DNA of 50,956 nt, from contig NW_014577065.1 of NCBI RefSeq assembly GCF_000485595.1, positions 639,728 through 690,683 of the forward strand, read 5' to 3'. Position 1 is the stretch's first letter; every line of letters begins with the position of its first letter. Made by a program: the position numbers and the translations under genes. Positions 14,670-28,016 of the stretch are shown here, in pieces. The notes beneath the pieces are model-generated. The model worked only from the letters and a program-made list of their open reading frames with translations. It searched no databases and was not told the DNA's origin. The stretch is from Priapulus caudatus. Taxonomy: Eukaryota.

Positions 14670-14992
14670 CGAGAGAGTGAGAGAGGGAGAGAGAAGAGAG
14701 CACGCGCGCGAAACCGAAAGCGAGTGAGAAAGAGAGTGTGTGTGTGCGCGAGACAGATGGAGATTTAGAGAGAGAATGAGGGAGAGGGAGAGGGAAATTC
14801 AGAAAAAGAAAGCGAAAGTAAAAAAAAGAGAGGAGAAGGAGTGAGTATGTGAGAGAGAAAATGAGCAAGAGACAGAGTGGGAGAGAGAAATAGAGAAAGA
14901 GGAAAAATGAAAGAGGGAATAAGAAAGAGACAGTGGGAGTGAAAGAGAAAGAGAAAGAGAAAGAGAAGAGAGAGAGAGAGCGAGAGAAAGAG
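14670..14992. repeat. Degenerate (GA)-rich polypurine tract
   Basis: gagagagaaagagaaa-type low complexity. Confidence 0.85.
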
Positions 14993-16019
14993 CACTTCTA
15001 AACGAACCCTGATATGCTAGGGACGTGGTCCTCAATTGCTCTAGTGTGTCAAAGCGCGTGCATGCTTGCGCCCATCGTCCGATGTTAAACAGTCGTTGAT
15101 GCGTTATCACGAATTTTTTTAAATATTCATATAATGGAATGCATTTTACGTGAATTTCTATGGTCGAATGCATCGTTTTCAATGTGCATTAGCATTGAAC
15201 ACTCCTCGCCAATATCAGAAATATTTTATAGCCGTGTCGAGGTGGACTTCCATTGTGTTATTGTTATCCGCATCGCACGATGTCGATCATGCGTGATGTA
15301 TTTAAATCCGAAGTTTGGAATATCGATGTGGAATTTTCTTAATCGAAGTTTATGTGTGCCGACATCGTAGGCGTTGTGAGGGAATTTCGTGTGCAACGCA
15401 CCGTTGTTCCCTTCTGCTTCGAGACATGGCGCAGATACGAGGTTTCGCTACAGGCGAGAGACTGTTACGTTAATGTTGACGTTATCATGCACTTCGTTCT
15501 GTGCGACTGAAATGGTGAAATGATATTCTTGTCTCTCTTTATATTGCTCACATTCCTTTATTTCTGCTTAATACAGATAGATTATACGGATGGATAACAG
15601 ATAATAAACGAGATATTAATTGCAGAGCTTTAAAAATCATAATCACAATTTTAACGTACTGAATGTTTAATTCGTTATGAACATTTATCTGTCACACTCG
15701 ACACAGGTAGTGATTGAATTCTACGAGGATATTCAATGATGATATGGGACATACATTTCACGTTAATCTTACTGATCTAACATTTAGGCCCTACGTTCAC
15801 AACATGTCTATGCGATGTGGGTATTAGGACATCACTGTCTATCTCCATATCGGATTTCCCCCGTTCTCGTGTCAAATTGCTTAATTATTAAACTAATTGC
15901 CACTTAATTATTAAAGGTTAATCGATGTATAAATTACGTTTAAATAGGCCCGCAAAATCACGTGTAGCTGCCGTGAGAATAATAGACGATGTAGACAATA
16001 CAGTTAATCAAGCAAGAGC

Positions 16020-16061
<42 letters not shown>

Positions 16062-17444
16062 CAGCGCGACGTTGTGTGAGGTACGGGTATGCGTGCGTGC
16101 ACACATTCGTCATGCCTATAGATTGCGAGGCACACGCAATAACTGTTGCATATAGTATTTGCCCCTCCAGATAAATAAACAACGTATCAGAGTTCTCAAC
16201 TGTTTGCAAAGGCGGAATTGGTTGTGCCACTGAACGGCAAATTGTGTTTATTTTGCTTTATTTTGCCTACCGCGGGTGTTATTCACGCAGTATTTAAACA
16301 GCACAAATTCTGTTTCGCCGTATCTGATTCCGATATAAAAATTCCCCCCGAATCCTTTCTTGCCGCTCAAACCTCCCCCTGCGGCCTCCGGTGTCAATAT
16401 CCAATTCCGAGCGCCTTTCTTCTGCGAGCACCACCGACTGATACTGGCAGAGATTCGAACGCTAAATAAGTCATGTCGCGTTGTAGTGTCGATCAAACGT
16501 CTGTTCCCGACGCTGCGGTGCGCGTAACCCCGCCAAAAATATATATACGAAAGAAATATATAAACGAAGTGCGTGAAAATGACCCATGTCGTGTTTGCGT
16601 TTGTGCCCACGATAAGAACTTTAACGTCCGCCGATTTTAATTATTGACGCGACCCTATATGCGGGTTATACAGATCATGAGAATGCGATTTACATAGTGA
16701 TCGATACGACGTTATCCGAATAAATCAACGATTTAATGGTTTATATCGATTATCGATTGTCATTTCGCCCTCCATCGATCACTTCTATTTATTTAGTTTC
16801 ATTTGTTGTAATTTCATCAGCATTGTCTATTAACCACGTTTAATTAATATGTTACGTCCAAAATGTAATTCATAAAGTATAAATAAAGTCATTTGAATTG
16901 AATTGAATTGAATTGATTGATAGATTCAGTTCTAATGCTGTAATAAGCGCACACGCTACGCGGTACGATATCACTAGAGCTAGGCAATATTTTTGTGAAT
17001 ATATTACCCGACATATAGGCTCCAGGATGCGTCGTAAAATGATTAATACAAATCACTTACGTCTGCGTGTTCTAGTTTTAAAATAGCGTCTATAGTAGCG
17101 TAACGATAGATTAGTAGTTTTTTTGTTCCATAAACACGGAATTTATGCCAGAAACTAATTATCGGAGATATTATTAAATGCGTAGATCTAATGTACCTGA
17201 GACTGTCAATTCGCAAGTGATAATTTTTGTTTAAAATTGAAATGCCTCCATAGAAGTTGCGTAAATTGACGGAACGAAAAATCGTATTTCGCCATGCAGT
17301 TAACATAGCGACTTAGGGCCAGATCTTGTGGTTTGATTTACGCCGTTTAATTTGGTTTATAATAGTTGGTCAACGAGAGAATTTGCGGACGATTACGATC
17401 ATGAACGACAACAACAACAACAACAACAACAGTTGTACACTCAC

Positions 17445-18056
17445 CAGCGCCGCTCAGAGGGCTGCAGGCAGCCTTAAAGTAGAGCAACAGGTCCAAATCG
17501 CCGTGCCGAAACTTCATCGCACCGTCCGACCGGTCAGACGGTTCGGATGCAGTGCCCGGATCGTCCGGCTGGTCCGGACGCGGTTCGTGCGGCGGCAGCA
17601 GTGCGCCGGCCGGCTCGGCGACGATCAGGCCCGCTAGGTCCGTAGGGCCGCTCGCCGGATGTCCGGCGACGTCGTGCATTCTCGCGCGGTGCATGGCGGG
17701 AACCATCGGGCCGACGGCGTAGCCGATGGAGAACGCGGGAGACATGGCCGGCGACGGCGAACCGTTGAACATGATCGGAACCGGGTTCGGTACAACGACG
17801 TTACCATGCTGGAAGCCGCGTCGGCCGTCGCTCAGCGCGACGACGTTGCGCGGGTAGAGGGCGCTCGCCGTCTGCGCGACGACGGACGGGTGCGACAGCA
17901 TCGAGAACGGCTGCTGTCCGTGCCCGACGAACGTCGCGTCGTACGGCTGCGGCGCAGGTGGCGCTCCTCGCGGACTCTTGGCAACGTCGTCGGCGCCGGG
18001 CGACGCATCCGGCTGCTCCGTCGAGCAGCGACTGTCAGAGCTGTCCGTATCAAACA

Positions 18057-18057
<1 letters not shown>
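17445..18057 (-). CDS. Probable first coding exon of an unidentified Pro/Ser/Ala-rich protein (~204 aa, MFDTDSSDSR...LLYFKAACSPLSGA)
   Basis: Non-repetitive GC-rich open frame starting at ATG 18057, with an in-frame TGA upstream at 18123-18121. It ends at a consensus phase-1 donor CTG|GTGAGT (17444), followed directly by a (GTT)n tract. No domain recognised and no downstream exon found. Confidence 0.6.
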
Positions 18058-18098
<41 letters not shown>

Positions 18099-18113
18099 TG
18101 GTGATGACGATGA
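18058..18113. repeat. (GAC)n/(GAT)n trinucleotide repeat abutting the putative ATG
   Basis: gacgacgac... immediately 5' (minus strand) of ATG 18057. Confidence 0.9.
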
Positions 18114-19250
18114 ATAGCCGTCAGTAGTCTCTCGCTGCGGTCATCGCCAGGTGACGATGCTACCCGCTGTTATGTGTGAGTTGCAGCCACGTTAGTTTGT
18201 TGCAGAAGTTGCAGACTCATGTTGACAATGTGTTCCGTTGCTGAGATGAGAACACGAGCCGTGCGCTCCACGCAATATCGTCTCAACCCTGCCGACCGTG
18301 CACCGATCTGCAGCGTGGTCAACACCACCGCAAAAGCTGCGCGGTATATCCGAAACGTGTCGCTAAAGCTGTGTCGAGCACCTGCGCGCGCCGAGAGCCC
18401 GGTACGCGCTCGTCCTGAACGCGGGGTTTCACGGGAACAACGTTAGTCTGTCAGACGACCATTGTCCTGACCTATCGTAGCAACGTCTCTCATCGCTCCA
18501 CGCATGTCGCCGCCATCGGCAACTATGATGATGAGAAGTATGAATCGAGTTGTGCACGGACACGGGCGGACGAGTAGAGTAAGCGGCGGCTACTACCTGC
18601 TCAGCATCAGTAGATGATGTCCGCTTCGCCGCATAACGCCGAGCGTAATGTAATACAAATAAGAAATCAATCGCTGACGCTTGCATCCGACTGGTCCGCT
18701 ATCTCTCCTACGCATCATCTTTTACCGACGCCACTTGCCTGCGTAGTGGCGCTGCCGTAACGTAGCAACGTATCATTCCGCTGCTAGTCAATTTTTCTGC
18801 GAGAAAAAAAATTTAATTGGGTCAGCCGCGATTCGGGCGGAAATTTTTTCCACCGCGCCGTTCCACGCACGCGGGCTCTCGGATGAGTAACTCACGTTAC
18901 GGACCTCTTGATTCATTTATATTATTTATAGACGTATTTACAACCCAATTACGCACACGTTGAAATCGAATGCGCCTGTTTACGTTGACGTGCGCCAAAA
19001 AGTAGGAACGCGCGCGAGTCTAAGGTCACGAAACTTGTATTAAAGGCGCATCGACTGTCGCGCCTGCGTGCGGGCATCGCGCTGTTGTTGTGTTATTTAC
19101 CTCCACGTGCGTCCGATCATGTCCATTCACGCGCTAGCTCTATGCGCGCGCGCGTGCGTGTGATTCACGTGGAATACGAGCGCACTACTCGTGAGTATAT
19201 CGTAGTGTGCCTCTACCTCAGCTGGGGCCTGCATGACTTAGTCTGGTTAC

Positions 19251-19493
19251 CTCACGTGGTAGCATCAGTGCCTGTCTTGGAGCTCCTGGCGGCCGGCGGC
19301 GCTTTGCCTTGTTAGCGCGGCTGTCTCGAACATTGTTGCGCTGACGCCCGTCGGGGCTGTAAATCGTGCCGAATCTCTCCCTCCGCTGCTCCGGGACGGA
19401 TGCGAGCGCATGCGCAGTAGCAGCGGCAGGAGCACCAGCAGCGGCACCAGCAGCGGCAGCAGCAGCAGCAGCCGGATGGAGAGACTCTAACAT
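19251..19493 (-). CDS. Possible upstream exon with poly-Ala (MLESLHPAAAAAAAAGAAAG...LPRE), or a 5'UTR exon with a CAG/CTG repeat
   Basis: ATG at 19493 and a possible donor GAG|GTAACC at 19250, ~190 bp downstream of NRF1+DRE motifs. No homology recognised. Confidence 0.3.
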
Positions 19494-19682
19494 GTGCTTT
19501 GTCTGTCACAAGCGAGCGGCTGTGCAAGAGCAGAGGCGTTTTTCTGTCAGGCTGCTTGTTTTAGCCGCCGACTCGGATGCTGCAAAAGTACACTTAAACT
19601 GATTCCCCCGATAGTTAATCAAAACAACTTGGGGGATAATCGCTGGGCTATAAGTACACACGACCGGAAGAGCGGCCGCGCT

Positions 19683-19700
19683 GCGCATGCGCTATCGATA
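19683..19700. promoter_or_regulatory. Abutting NRF1/Ewg palindrome (GCGCATGCGC) and DRE (TATCGATA)
   Basis: ctgcgcatgcgctatcgata; a second GCGCATGCGC lies at ~19406-19415. Confidence 0.45.
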
Positions 19701-21459
19701 AAGAAACGACGATGAACTTCCAGACCGGTGTATAGCTCGTATCCCCTATATGTAGGAACGCGATGTGCATCTTCATTTCAACGCCCACAACATGTTTATT
19801 TACGTGTTGGCAGGCAGACTCGACTATTATAGAATAGCAATTTGTTCGGCGCCAAGCAAGTCAAGTCGACGCAAGAGTAAGCGCCAAGGTGACCATGATT
19901 GCGCTGTTATTCATTTGTCACCAGCTTTTAACAGAACTAGTTTAGGTAACATGGGCAGCAGAAAGGGGGCAATTTCATTTTCATGCATTTTGTTCATCGA
20001 TGTATGTAGTGTTCGATATCGGCATCGAACCGGTCTTTTCTTGGCTTACACCGATCCCGCCTCATCGCATGAAAATATATTACTTAAATCAAAAATATAT
20101 CTCTACTATTAGTGAAATCCTTTTGCTTACATTTGCGGTCGCCATTAATTAGATTCTGACACATGAGCGCACGCGTAATATAAAAGGCTCAACTACTCAG
20201 GCAAGTCGGCCGCGGGATGCGCTACTGTGTAATAGGATAGACAGAGTTGTTTACATTCGTAGATGTCCTTTAATCTTACACGTTTCCATGTCTGCGTGGG
20301 CTGGCCTGAGGTTTAGTTATCTACGTGATATTTCTAAACGTACGTGTAAATGTACAGGCGCTATTAGTGGCCGTAACAGCCAAGGGATACGCTAAACGGG
20401 TCTTACACGACTATATATGTGTTCGTGAAAGCGTTTTCCACGCGAACACGGCCCTGATATATACTTGCTACGAAGATTAAACAATGATGAGATAATTTCA
20501 AAGAGTCACATTTGGTAAAAACAAAAAAAGCCGTGAACCGGGTCGTTTGTCTTTTATGCGCTACGGCGGGTTTCTTTACGGAGGGTGCTAAATACACCTT
20601 TTGGTGCTGCGCGCAGCCGCTGCCGCTGCAACGTTACGACGTCTTATAATATAGGTTTCTTTCATTCATATCTACCGCCCAACGGTAGAGCCCAACGATA
20701 GAAATTACATTTGGACAAAATATTGGACAATGAATATTAAACAAGTAGAAAAGCATTAAAAAAAAGAAAAATATGATTATTTAGGGTACATTGACATGCA
20801 CACTCCGGTTTGGCTATTGGTGGAAGGGCCGCAGAGCTTTGTGGCCATTACACATTAACCACAACCCATTGACTTTACAACCGACCACTACAGTATAATA
20901 TTTACTATCGTGGCGTGTTTGGCGATTACAGATCAATACTGTAGACACACATAATATATGCATCCATAATATATATATATATATAAATAAATAAATAAAT
21001 ATATATATGTATTATATAATTATATATATTATATATCCGTATAGGCAAAATAAACCTCGAAAGAATGAACTACGAACCAGTATCATGCGAAGGTCAGTTA
21101 AACATGATGAAAGAGAACAGTGATATATGCAATATCCTTCCCGTTTAACATGGCGCCAAGATCGCTGTCAGATGTTTTTCAAGCAGCTGTCAATTATTCG
21201 TCTGATATTCTATTTATAAACTATTTCCATGCTAAACAGCAGCAGAAAATGCATAGTTTCATGTTTACCGAATGCTAAAACCGACCGAAAGATGGGGTTC
21301 TTGCAATTGCCCCCTTGCTATGTGTACGCGCGTGCGCGTGTGTATGTGTGTGTGTCCGTACGTGTGTGATATTGGATGGGTTTCTTTACGTACATGCGTG
21401 CGTCTGTGCTCATCTCTATGATTACGTGCTGCATGTGCGCGCCTGTTTGCAAACTTACA

Positions 21460-21660
21460 TGCGAGTGTGCGCCTGCGTGCATCTCACGTGCGAGTGTGCG
21501 CCTGCGTGCATCTCACGTGCGAGTGTGCGCCTGCGTGCATCTCACGTGCGAGTGTGTGCCCGCGTGCATTCGCATATGTGCGAGTGTGCGCCTGCGTGTA
21601 TTCGTACGTGCGAGTGTGCGCCCGCGTCCTGTCGTATGTGCGAGTGTGCGCCCGCGCGCA
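21460..21660. repeat. 29-bp minisatellite, ~7 copies
   Basis: Unit tgcgagtgtgcgcctgcgtgcatctcacg (starts 21460, 21489, 21518...), followed by (TG)n at 21709-21769. Confidence 0.9.
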
Positions 21661-21707
21661 TTATCACATGCGTGTGCGCTTGTGCGCGTTCATACGTGCA
21701 TGCATAT

Positions 21708-21770
<63 letters not shown>

Positions 21771-21771
21771 T

Positions 21772-22470
21772 TCCCGCCCCCCCCCTTTGTTACACATCCC
21801 GGACAATCGCATCCCCCTTCTCCCCCGTTTGTTACATTTTTCCAAGAATCGCACGCCGCCCCGTTTGTTACAATTCGCGATCAATTGCGCCCTACCCCCG
21901 CCCGCGACGTTGTACTTAGCAGTTCCGCAGAACAGCTACACACCGCCACCACCCTCCTGTTTGTTGCATGCATTCCCCGGCAATGCGCCCCCCCCCCCCG
22001 TTCTGTTAGCATTCCCAAGCGAAGTCGCACCGCCCCCCGTTTGTGTTAGGCGATTCGCGCAACAATCGCAAACCCGCCCCCCCCCCCCCGTTTGTTTGCC
22101 AGCATTCCCGCGGCATACGCCCCCCCCCCCCCGCCCGTTTGTTCGAGCATAGATCCCCCACAAGTCGCCCGCCTGCGTCGGCACCCAGTCGCGCCGACCC
22201 GCCCCGTTTGTTACACTTCTCCAACTCGGCACCCACCCGCCCCTGTTGTTGCTTTCCGACAATCGCCACCCCCCGTTTGGTTCAATGTATCATTCAATGC
22301 CGGCCCCATATCCCCGTTTGGTGGCACATTCCCCGCAATCGCCCCCCCCCCCGCCGTTGTGTGAACATTCCGCAATCCCCCACGCCCCGTTTGCTTGCAT
22401 TCCAACAATGGCACCGTCACCACTCTCCGTTTGTTAACATCTTCGCCAACAATGCCCCGCCCCCCGTTCT
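21772..22470 (+). repeat. ~32-bp C-rich minisatellite (cccccccccgtttgttacattcccgacaatcgca-like), indel-rich
   Basis: Recurrent ccccgtttgtt...attcc...caatcgc motif. Confidence 0.85.
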
Positions 22471-23077
22471 GGTGCATTCGACGAACGCTTTCGCGAATCA
22501 TCGTTCGGCAACGATCTTAGAGCGTCGATGCGGAGTTTACGTCGGCGCCGGTCGCTTCCCCTCGCTGCCTCCCTCGCTTCACTCGGGGTTCTCGATTTAA
22601 CAAGGATAACGCAGTCTCGCTACGCAGCAATAAACGTGCGACACCGCGACGTCTTAAAGTTATACGGGGATTAACCGGCCGACTCATCTCAGCACACCCC
22701 ACAGTTTCCGTCCAGAGCGGAATCTTCATTACCGTTTAGGCCCTAGTGCGTGTATACGACGTTGCGACTCGACTCCGTTTACTTGCGGCAATCATAACAG
22801 ATCGCTTCGCTGTTCCCTTGCCTGTTGCTNNNNNNNNNNNNNNNNNNNNNNNNNNNNNNNNNNNNNNNNNNNNNNNNNNNNNNNNNNNNNNNNNNNNNNN
22901 NNNNNNNNNNNNNNNNNNNNNNNNNNNNNNNNNNNNNNNNNNNNNNNNNNNNNNNNNNNNNNNNNNNNNNNNNNNNNNNNNNNNNNNNNNNNNNNNNNNN
23001 NNNNNNNNNNNNNNNNNNNNNNNNNNNNNNNNNNNNNNNNNNNNNNNNNNNNNNNNNNNNNNNNNNNNNNNNNNNNN

Positions 23078-23144
23078 GGGAATGTAACAAACGGGGGGGG
23101 GTGCGATTGTCGGGAATGTAACAAACGGGGGGGGGGGGCGATTG
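23078..23144 (-). repeat. Same ~32-bp minisatellite in reverse orientation after the 248-N gap
   Basis: gggaatgtaacaaacgggggggggtgcgattgtc twice, the reverse complement of the 21772-22470 unit. Confidence 0.88.
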
Positions 23145-24788
23145 GCGGTCTTTTGAGGCGTCAATGCGCGGAGCCGTCGTCTCGGTCAGACGAACTCGAC
23201 CGATTGTCGGCGTGTTTCGGCTATGCGCGGGATTCGATAAACACTCGCAATTCGGCGGCGATCTCTTAATCTGTTTCTTCTCTCGGCGCTGCGATGATGC
23301 GCGGCGATAAAGCGAACGGTTGGCACGAGGGACGCATCCCCACAAATTATACCCGCATTGAAAGATGAGAAATTTATCGCTAATCTGCGCGAGGGAAAAT
23401 ATGCATCTCGTTTGCAGAAACATTCCATCTCAATAACTCTTTCATTCAGACGCCTTATTAACTGCGCTCGCCTTCATCGACGTATTTTTGAGCGGCGGGA
23501 TTTTTGTCCTTGACTGTCACCAGCGATGCTATTCCACATTCTCCGCCCTCTAACCGCACAGCAAACTATTCAATCACTACTACAATTAAACGCCGGGATA
23601 TTACCCACACCGCAGCAGGTAGTGCACCACCCTTCTCGAAAATGATTTGCCGCTCTTTACTTCCCTTAATTGCTGTCACTCTCCCACACTCAGACTCTCG
23701 CGCTCCCCCGCCTAGCCCCCCTCGCCCCACTCTCACTTAATTACTCCCTGTCTCTTTTTCTCGTTCTCTTCTTGTCTCTCCAAAGTCTGTACTGTCCTTC
23801 TAACTCTCTCACGTTGCTTCTATTTATCACGTTCCCAGTCCCCCAAATATTCATGCATCATATCATGTTTTACGTGCGCATCTCTAATTCTATATCCATC
23901 GCCAACAGTATTCATCAGTATCGGCAAGCTTACTCATATACAGGATCGACTTGTGTGAGTGCACGTGTGTAAGCGAGAGTGTGGATACCAGCGCGTATTC
24001 TCCCTCTCTGTGCGTGCGTGCTTGTACGTTTGCGTGCGTACGTGCGTGCGTGCGTGCGCGCGTGTGCCCCGGCAGCATATACACACACAGAAGCTGAGAC
24101 TGATTCGACTGACACGATTCCGCGTGATCCGCTATGATTGAAACACGGCGGCCCGTGTTGATCTTTAATATTGAATATAAAATATTTACGCAAACTTGCC
24201 TCTAGTTCGCTATACGCAGCCGGCTGTTGGGGTTATCGTCAACGTACGGTGGTGTTATGCGCAACACCGTGTCCCGCGTGATGCACCAACGATCTACTTG
24301 CAAGGTCTTTGCATTAAGGTTTTCGATTGAAAAAACTATTTCATATAGTTATCGAGATTTAGGCAGTATCAAATGTTAATAGTGAGCTGAAATTATGTGC
24401 AGACGTGTGGGAGCAACAGCAAGAATATATCCGCGCTTACGCACGCCCCTTATATATAGACCTAGTTAATATAGGTTCAGTTACTACGCAAGAGAAAAGA
24501 GGGGAATATTATATATATATATATATATATCTATATATATATATATATATAGAGATGGATCGATACACATATATATATATAGTATATATAGATAATATAT
24601 ATATATATATATATATTTCCACATTGAAAACAGAATAAACCGGATAATTGTTGCCAGCTACATTGCCTCTTGCAGTTAGGATTGTTTGGTATGCCAAACC
24701 AGTCATTGCTATCCTTATACACTATATATAGCATGATAACAATAATCCTAAATTTTATGGCTACTATAAAACCTCTTGTTGTTTCCAG

Positions 24789-24950
24789 CTGAAGAAACAT
24801 CGTATAGTCAAACTTGCGCATGCCAAAATATGGCAGCCATAATGCAGACTGGTTTGGCCCTGTCGCTGGTCGACGCATCCCATGCGACACGTTCCTTCCG
24901 GTGCCTCGCCTGCTGTGGGTAACAGTCACCAATAACTATATTATGCGACG
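24789..24950 (+). CDS. Possible Sushi/CCP exon obscured by indels
   Basis: Acceptor gtttccag at 24788. Fragments IVKLAHAKI, QTG and GRRIPCDT...LLWVTVTN...C occur in shifting frames. Confidence 0.3.
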
Positions 24951-25090
24951 TCAGAAATACTCATAGATAGAGGGCTAGCTGTGTGTATAGCTATTATAGC
25001 TCTCCCCATTCTCAATCCGTACGTACAGCTTCACCACTGCGTCCAATTATCACGTGACGAACATCCGGCATGTTATATACCACCACACAG

Positions 25091-25298
25091 ACATCTGTAA
25101 TGTTAAGCCCGGTATAAATATACATGGACAGTTTCCTACAGACGCCTTCCATGAGGTGGGAAACTGATCAGTTATAATTGGATCGCACGCGCGAAGCTGC
25201 TAGTTATCCACTTATGCGCGTCTGAGGCGTTAGGTAGGGGATGTCACCCGCGGATGACGGCAACCTGGGTCCCAGACGTCTACACGCCCGTCTGTATA
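25091..25298 (+). CDS. Sushi/CCP domain exon with apparent frameshifts
   Basis: After acacag (phase 1) it reads ICNVKPGINIHGQFPTDAFHEVG, then by frameshift LISYN..., GC...DDG, WVPDVYTPVCI, matching the C-P-I-HG / VG-I-Y-C / C-G-W-P-C pattern. Donor not readable. Confidence 0.6.
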
Positions 25299-25486
25299 TA
25301 ATTAATTACAATTATCATCGAATTTCAGCAAACGCAACGCGGGATTAGCGATTAAACTGGATAAATCCGCGCACGGGCGGACAAATATGCATGCTCGCGG
25401 CACGACGCTGCACGCGAAGCGCTAGTTTAAAAATCTAAGCGTGTCGCCACGCGTGTGCGCGTGCTTGCATACTCGTGCTTGCTTGC

Positions 25487-25525
<39 letters not shown>

Positions 25526-25715
25526 TGTGCGTGTGTGTGTGTGTATTTGTATGTCTCTGTGTGTGAGTGTGTGTGTGTGTGGGGGGGGGTTGTGTGTGTT
25601 TGTATGTGCGTGTTTGCGCGCGTGCGTGCGTGTGCGCGTGTGTGTGTGATCTTTAACAATTTTTTATTGTTTTCACTTACACGACGACAACTATTCCAGA
25701 GTTTCCTTCTTTCAG

Positions 25716-25910
25716 GCCGTGCTTGCGAATGGCCACTTGATGTCGATCACGCCGACTTCACATCGAAAGAGGGCATAAAATACGGAGACACCGCCCTCTA
25801 TCGCTGCTCCAGTGGATACCTGGCAGGCTACGACAACTTCTTGTTAGTTAACTGCACGATTGACGATGAAACGGATAAAATGTATTGGGCGGAGCTAGGG
25901 ACGTGCGAAC
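25716..25910 (+). CDS. Sushi/CCP (SCR) domain exon, intact
   Basis: ttccttctttcag| ... |gtgagt; 195 bp, phase 1-1. RACEWPLDVDHADFTSKEGIKYGDTALYRCSSGYLAGYDNFLLVNCTIDDETDKMYWAELGTCE has 4 Cys, YxCxxGY and W before the last Cys. Confidence 0.88.
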
Positions 25911-25929
25911 GTGAGTTAGCTCGCCAAAT

Positions 25930-25981
25930 CTTCTTCTTCTTCTTCTTCTTCTTCTTCTTCTTCTTCTTCTTCTTCTTCTTC
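25930..25981. repeat. (CTT)n microsatellite
   Basis: Perfect ttc run 19 bp into the intron after the Sushi exon. Confidence 0.95.
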
Positions 25982-26232
25982 CATCGCATTATTAGTCCCA
26001 GGGGGTCGCTGCAGTGGACTTTTCTCCTCCATTTTCCCAATCCTCCGTCTAATGCGTTCTAATATTGTCGTATTGATATGGCGTTTGCATGAATACGTGT
26101 CAACGATGAGATGGACATAGCGGCAGCCGACTCTGTGACGCGCTTAGGGAAGCAGTTTCTCACTGATGGTGATTTTTGATATTTTTGAGTCGAGCCAAAT
26201 CTTGCTCTTTCTCTGTCTCTGTCTTTCTCTCC

Positions 26233-26265
<33 letters not shown>

Positions 26266-26544
26266 CTCGGACAATTCCCTAGCCCCCCCCCACACACACC
26301 GTACAGTAATGATGATTCATCTAACGACTAACTTCATGATTTCATAATTTCAAACTTCAACATTCGTGATGCTGCCGATATTTTGACTTATTTGCGACAT
26401 TTTCCGATACCCGATTTTGAAGTTCATATCGGCAAGTATCGGCCTTCACCTGCGCATCAGCAGCGGGAGCGAAGCGCAGCCACAACAATGCACACGTAAC
26501 ATGTCTAGACATTTTCTGGTCGCTTTAATACAATGAATAACATC

Positions 26545-26703
26545 CAGGGCGTAAATCCGTACCGAGGAGTGGGGGATGGTCGGCGATAGCCATCACATAC
26601 TAGCACGAGCACAAGCCCACAATTATTTACCATCAACGCGCGCGATCGCGCACAGGCACGAACATACACACACACACACACACACCACACACCACACACA
26701 ACA

Positions 26704-26734
<31 letters not shown>

Positions 26735-27258
26735 CACACACATGCACACACATGCCCAGACATGCCACACATAACAACACACAAACGAACAAACAACATA
26801 TACATACATTTATACATGCATACATACATGCACGCACATGCCAAATTTGACAACCGTACGTTTGGCACGTGCCGTAGGCATGTAAAATTTTGAAATATTT
26901 TAGCCATTTTCCTGCAATCTGAGGCATACTGTGGGCTATATTCTTATGTCTGATGACACTATCTCAACCCTAGACTCAACCCTACAAGTTAGGATTCAAA
27001 ACACTTTTCATGACTTTTACAGTTTCATGAGCGTACACAGTTAGGTTACTATAGTAATAATACATGTATTAAAACACAGGTAAGAATTGCAATTTCTCAC
27101 AATTTCACGTGTTTTTGTATGTTTGCAACCATACTGGCTATTATTTTTTCTCTCTCTTTTTTTTTAATCTCAGGGGGGATATTTGTACAGGCCATCCCCC
27201 CTCCTTCAAGAGCAGGGGGGTGCATCCCCCCATCCCCCCGGAATTTACGACCCTCCTG
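26545..27258. mobile_element. Probable non-autonomous DNA transposon (hAT-like CAGGG ends)
   Basis: Left end cagggcgtaaatcc...gggggatgg; right end ccatccccccggaatttacgaccct(cctg), an imperfect inverted match. No TSD found. Confidence 0.5.
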
Positions 27259-27506
27259 GCACACACGCACAAACAGTTACATAACATAACGTACATGGCC
27301 AAGAGCAAGATCATTTGGGATACAACATTTCCGTCATTATAGAGGGGTAGGGGCGACTCCCCCCACCCCGTCCCAATTATCGACGCCGCTGTTCTCTGAA
27401 CACATGGGGTAGGCATTTCTCTCTTCTCCAGACATACATAATAATATGTATTGCAGCGGACAAAAATTTACGGAAGGGGAAAGTTTTCCCTTATTGGAAA
27501 GGTTAG

Positions 27507-27712
27507 TGGGTAATTGTCCTGTGGAGATAATTGTCCTGGTGGGTAATTATCCGCGGGTAATTGTCATGGTGGGTTATATGTCTGGTGGGTAATTGTCCTG
27601 GGTGGTAATTGTCCGGGTGGGTAATCGCAGGTGGGTAAATTGTTGCTGGTGGGTAATTGTTCGGCGGGGGCTAATTGTCGCGGGGGTAATTGTCGCAGGG
27701 GGTAGTTGTCCT
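27507..27712 (+). repeat. 15-16-bp minisatellite (GGGTAATTGTCCTGGT)n, copy 1
   Basis: Repeated gggtaattgtcc units ending gggtagttgtcc. Confidence 0.88.
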
Positions 27713-28016
27713 AGAAATCGTGGTCCTATCTAATGTTCTATATATATATATTATATATATATATAATACAGGCACATCAACACTTGCACGCACGCAACGT
27801 CACAAGNNNNNNNNNNNNNNNNNNNNNNNNNCAACAAATACACCACACAAATACACACACACACACACACACACACACCCACACCACACACACACACAAA
27901 AGACGCTGCCGCGCGTTGCCGTACTCGAATTAGCACACTTTTGCAAAAACGAAACTCGCAAAACAAACACCCGCAATTCATTCACGAGTCATTGACAACA
28001 ATACTGTTTAATTAAC

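Noticed and set aside
16248..16610. Candidate second exon for the 17445-18057 gene
   Set aside because: The phase-compatible acceptor gives only a short peptide before a stop, and no frame is convincing.
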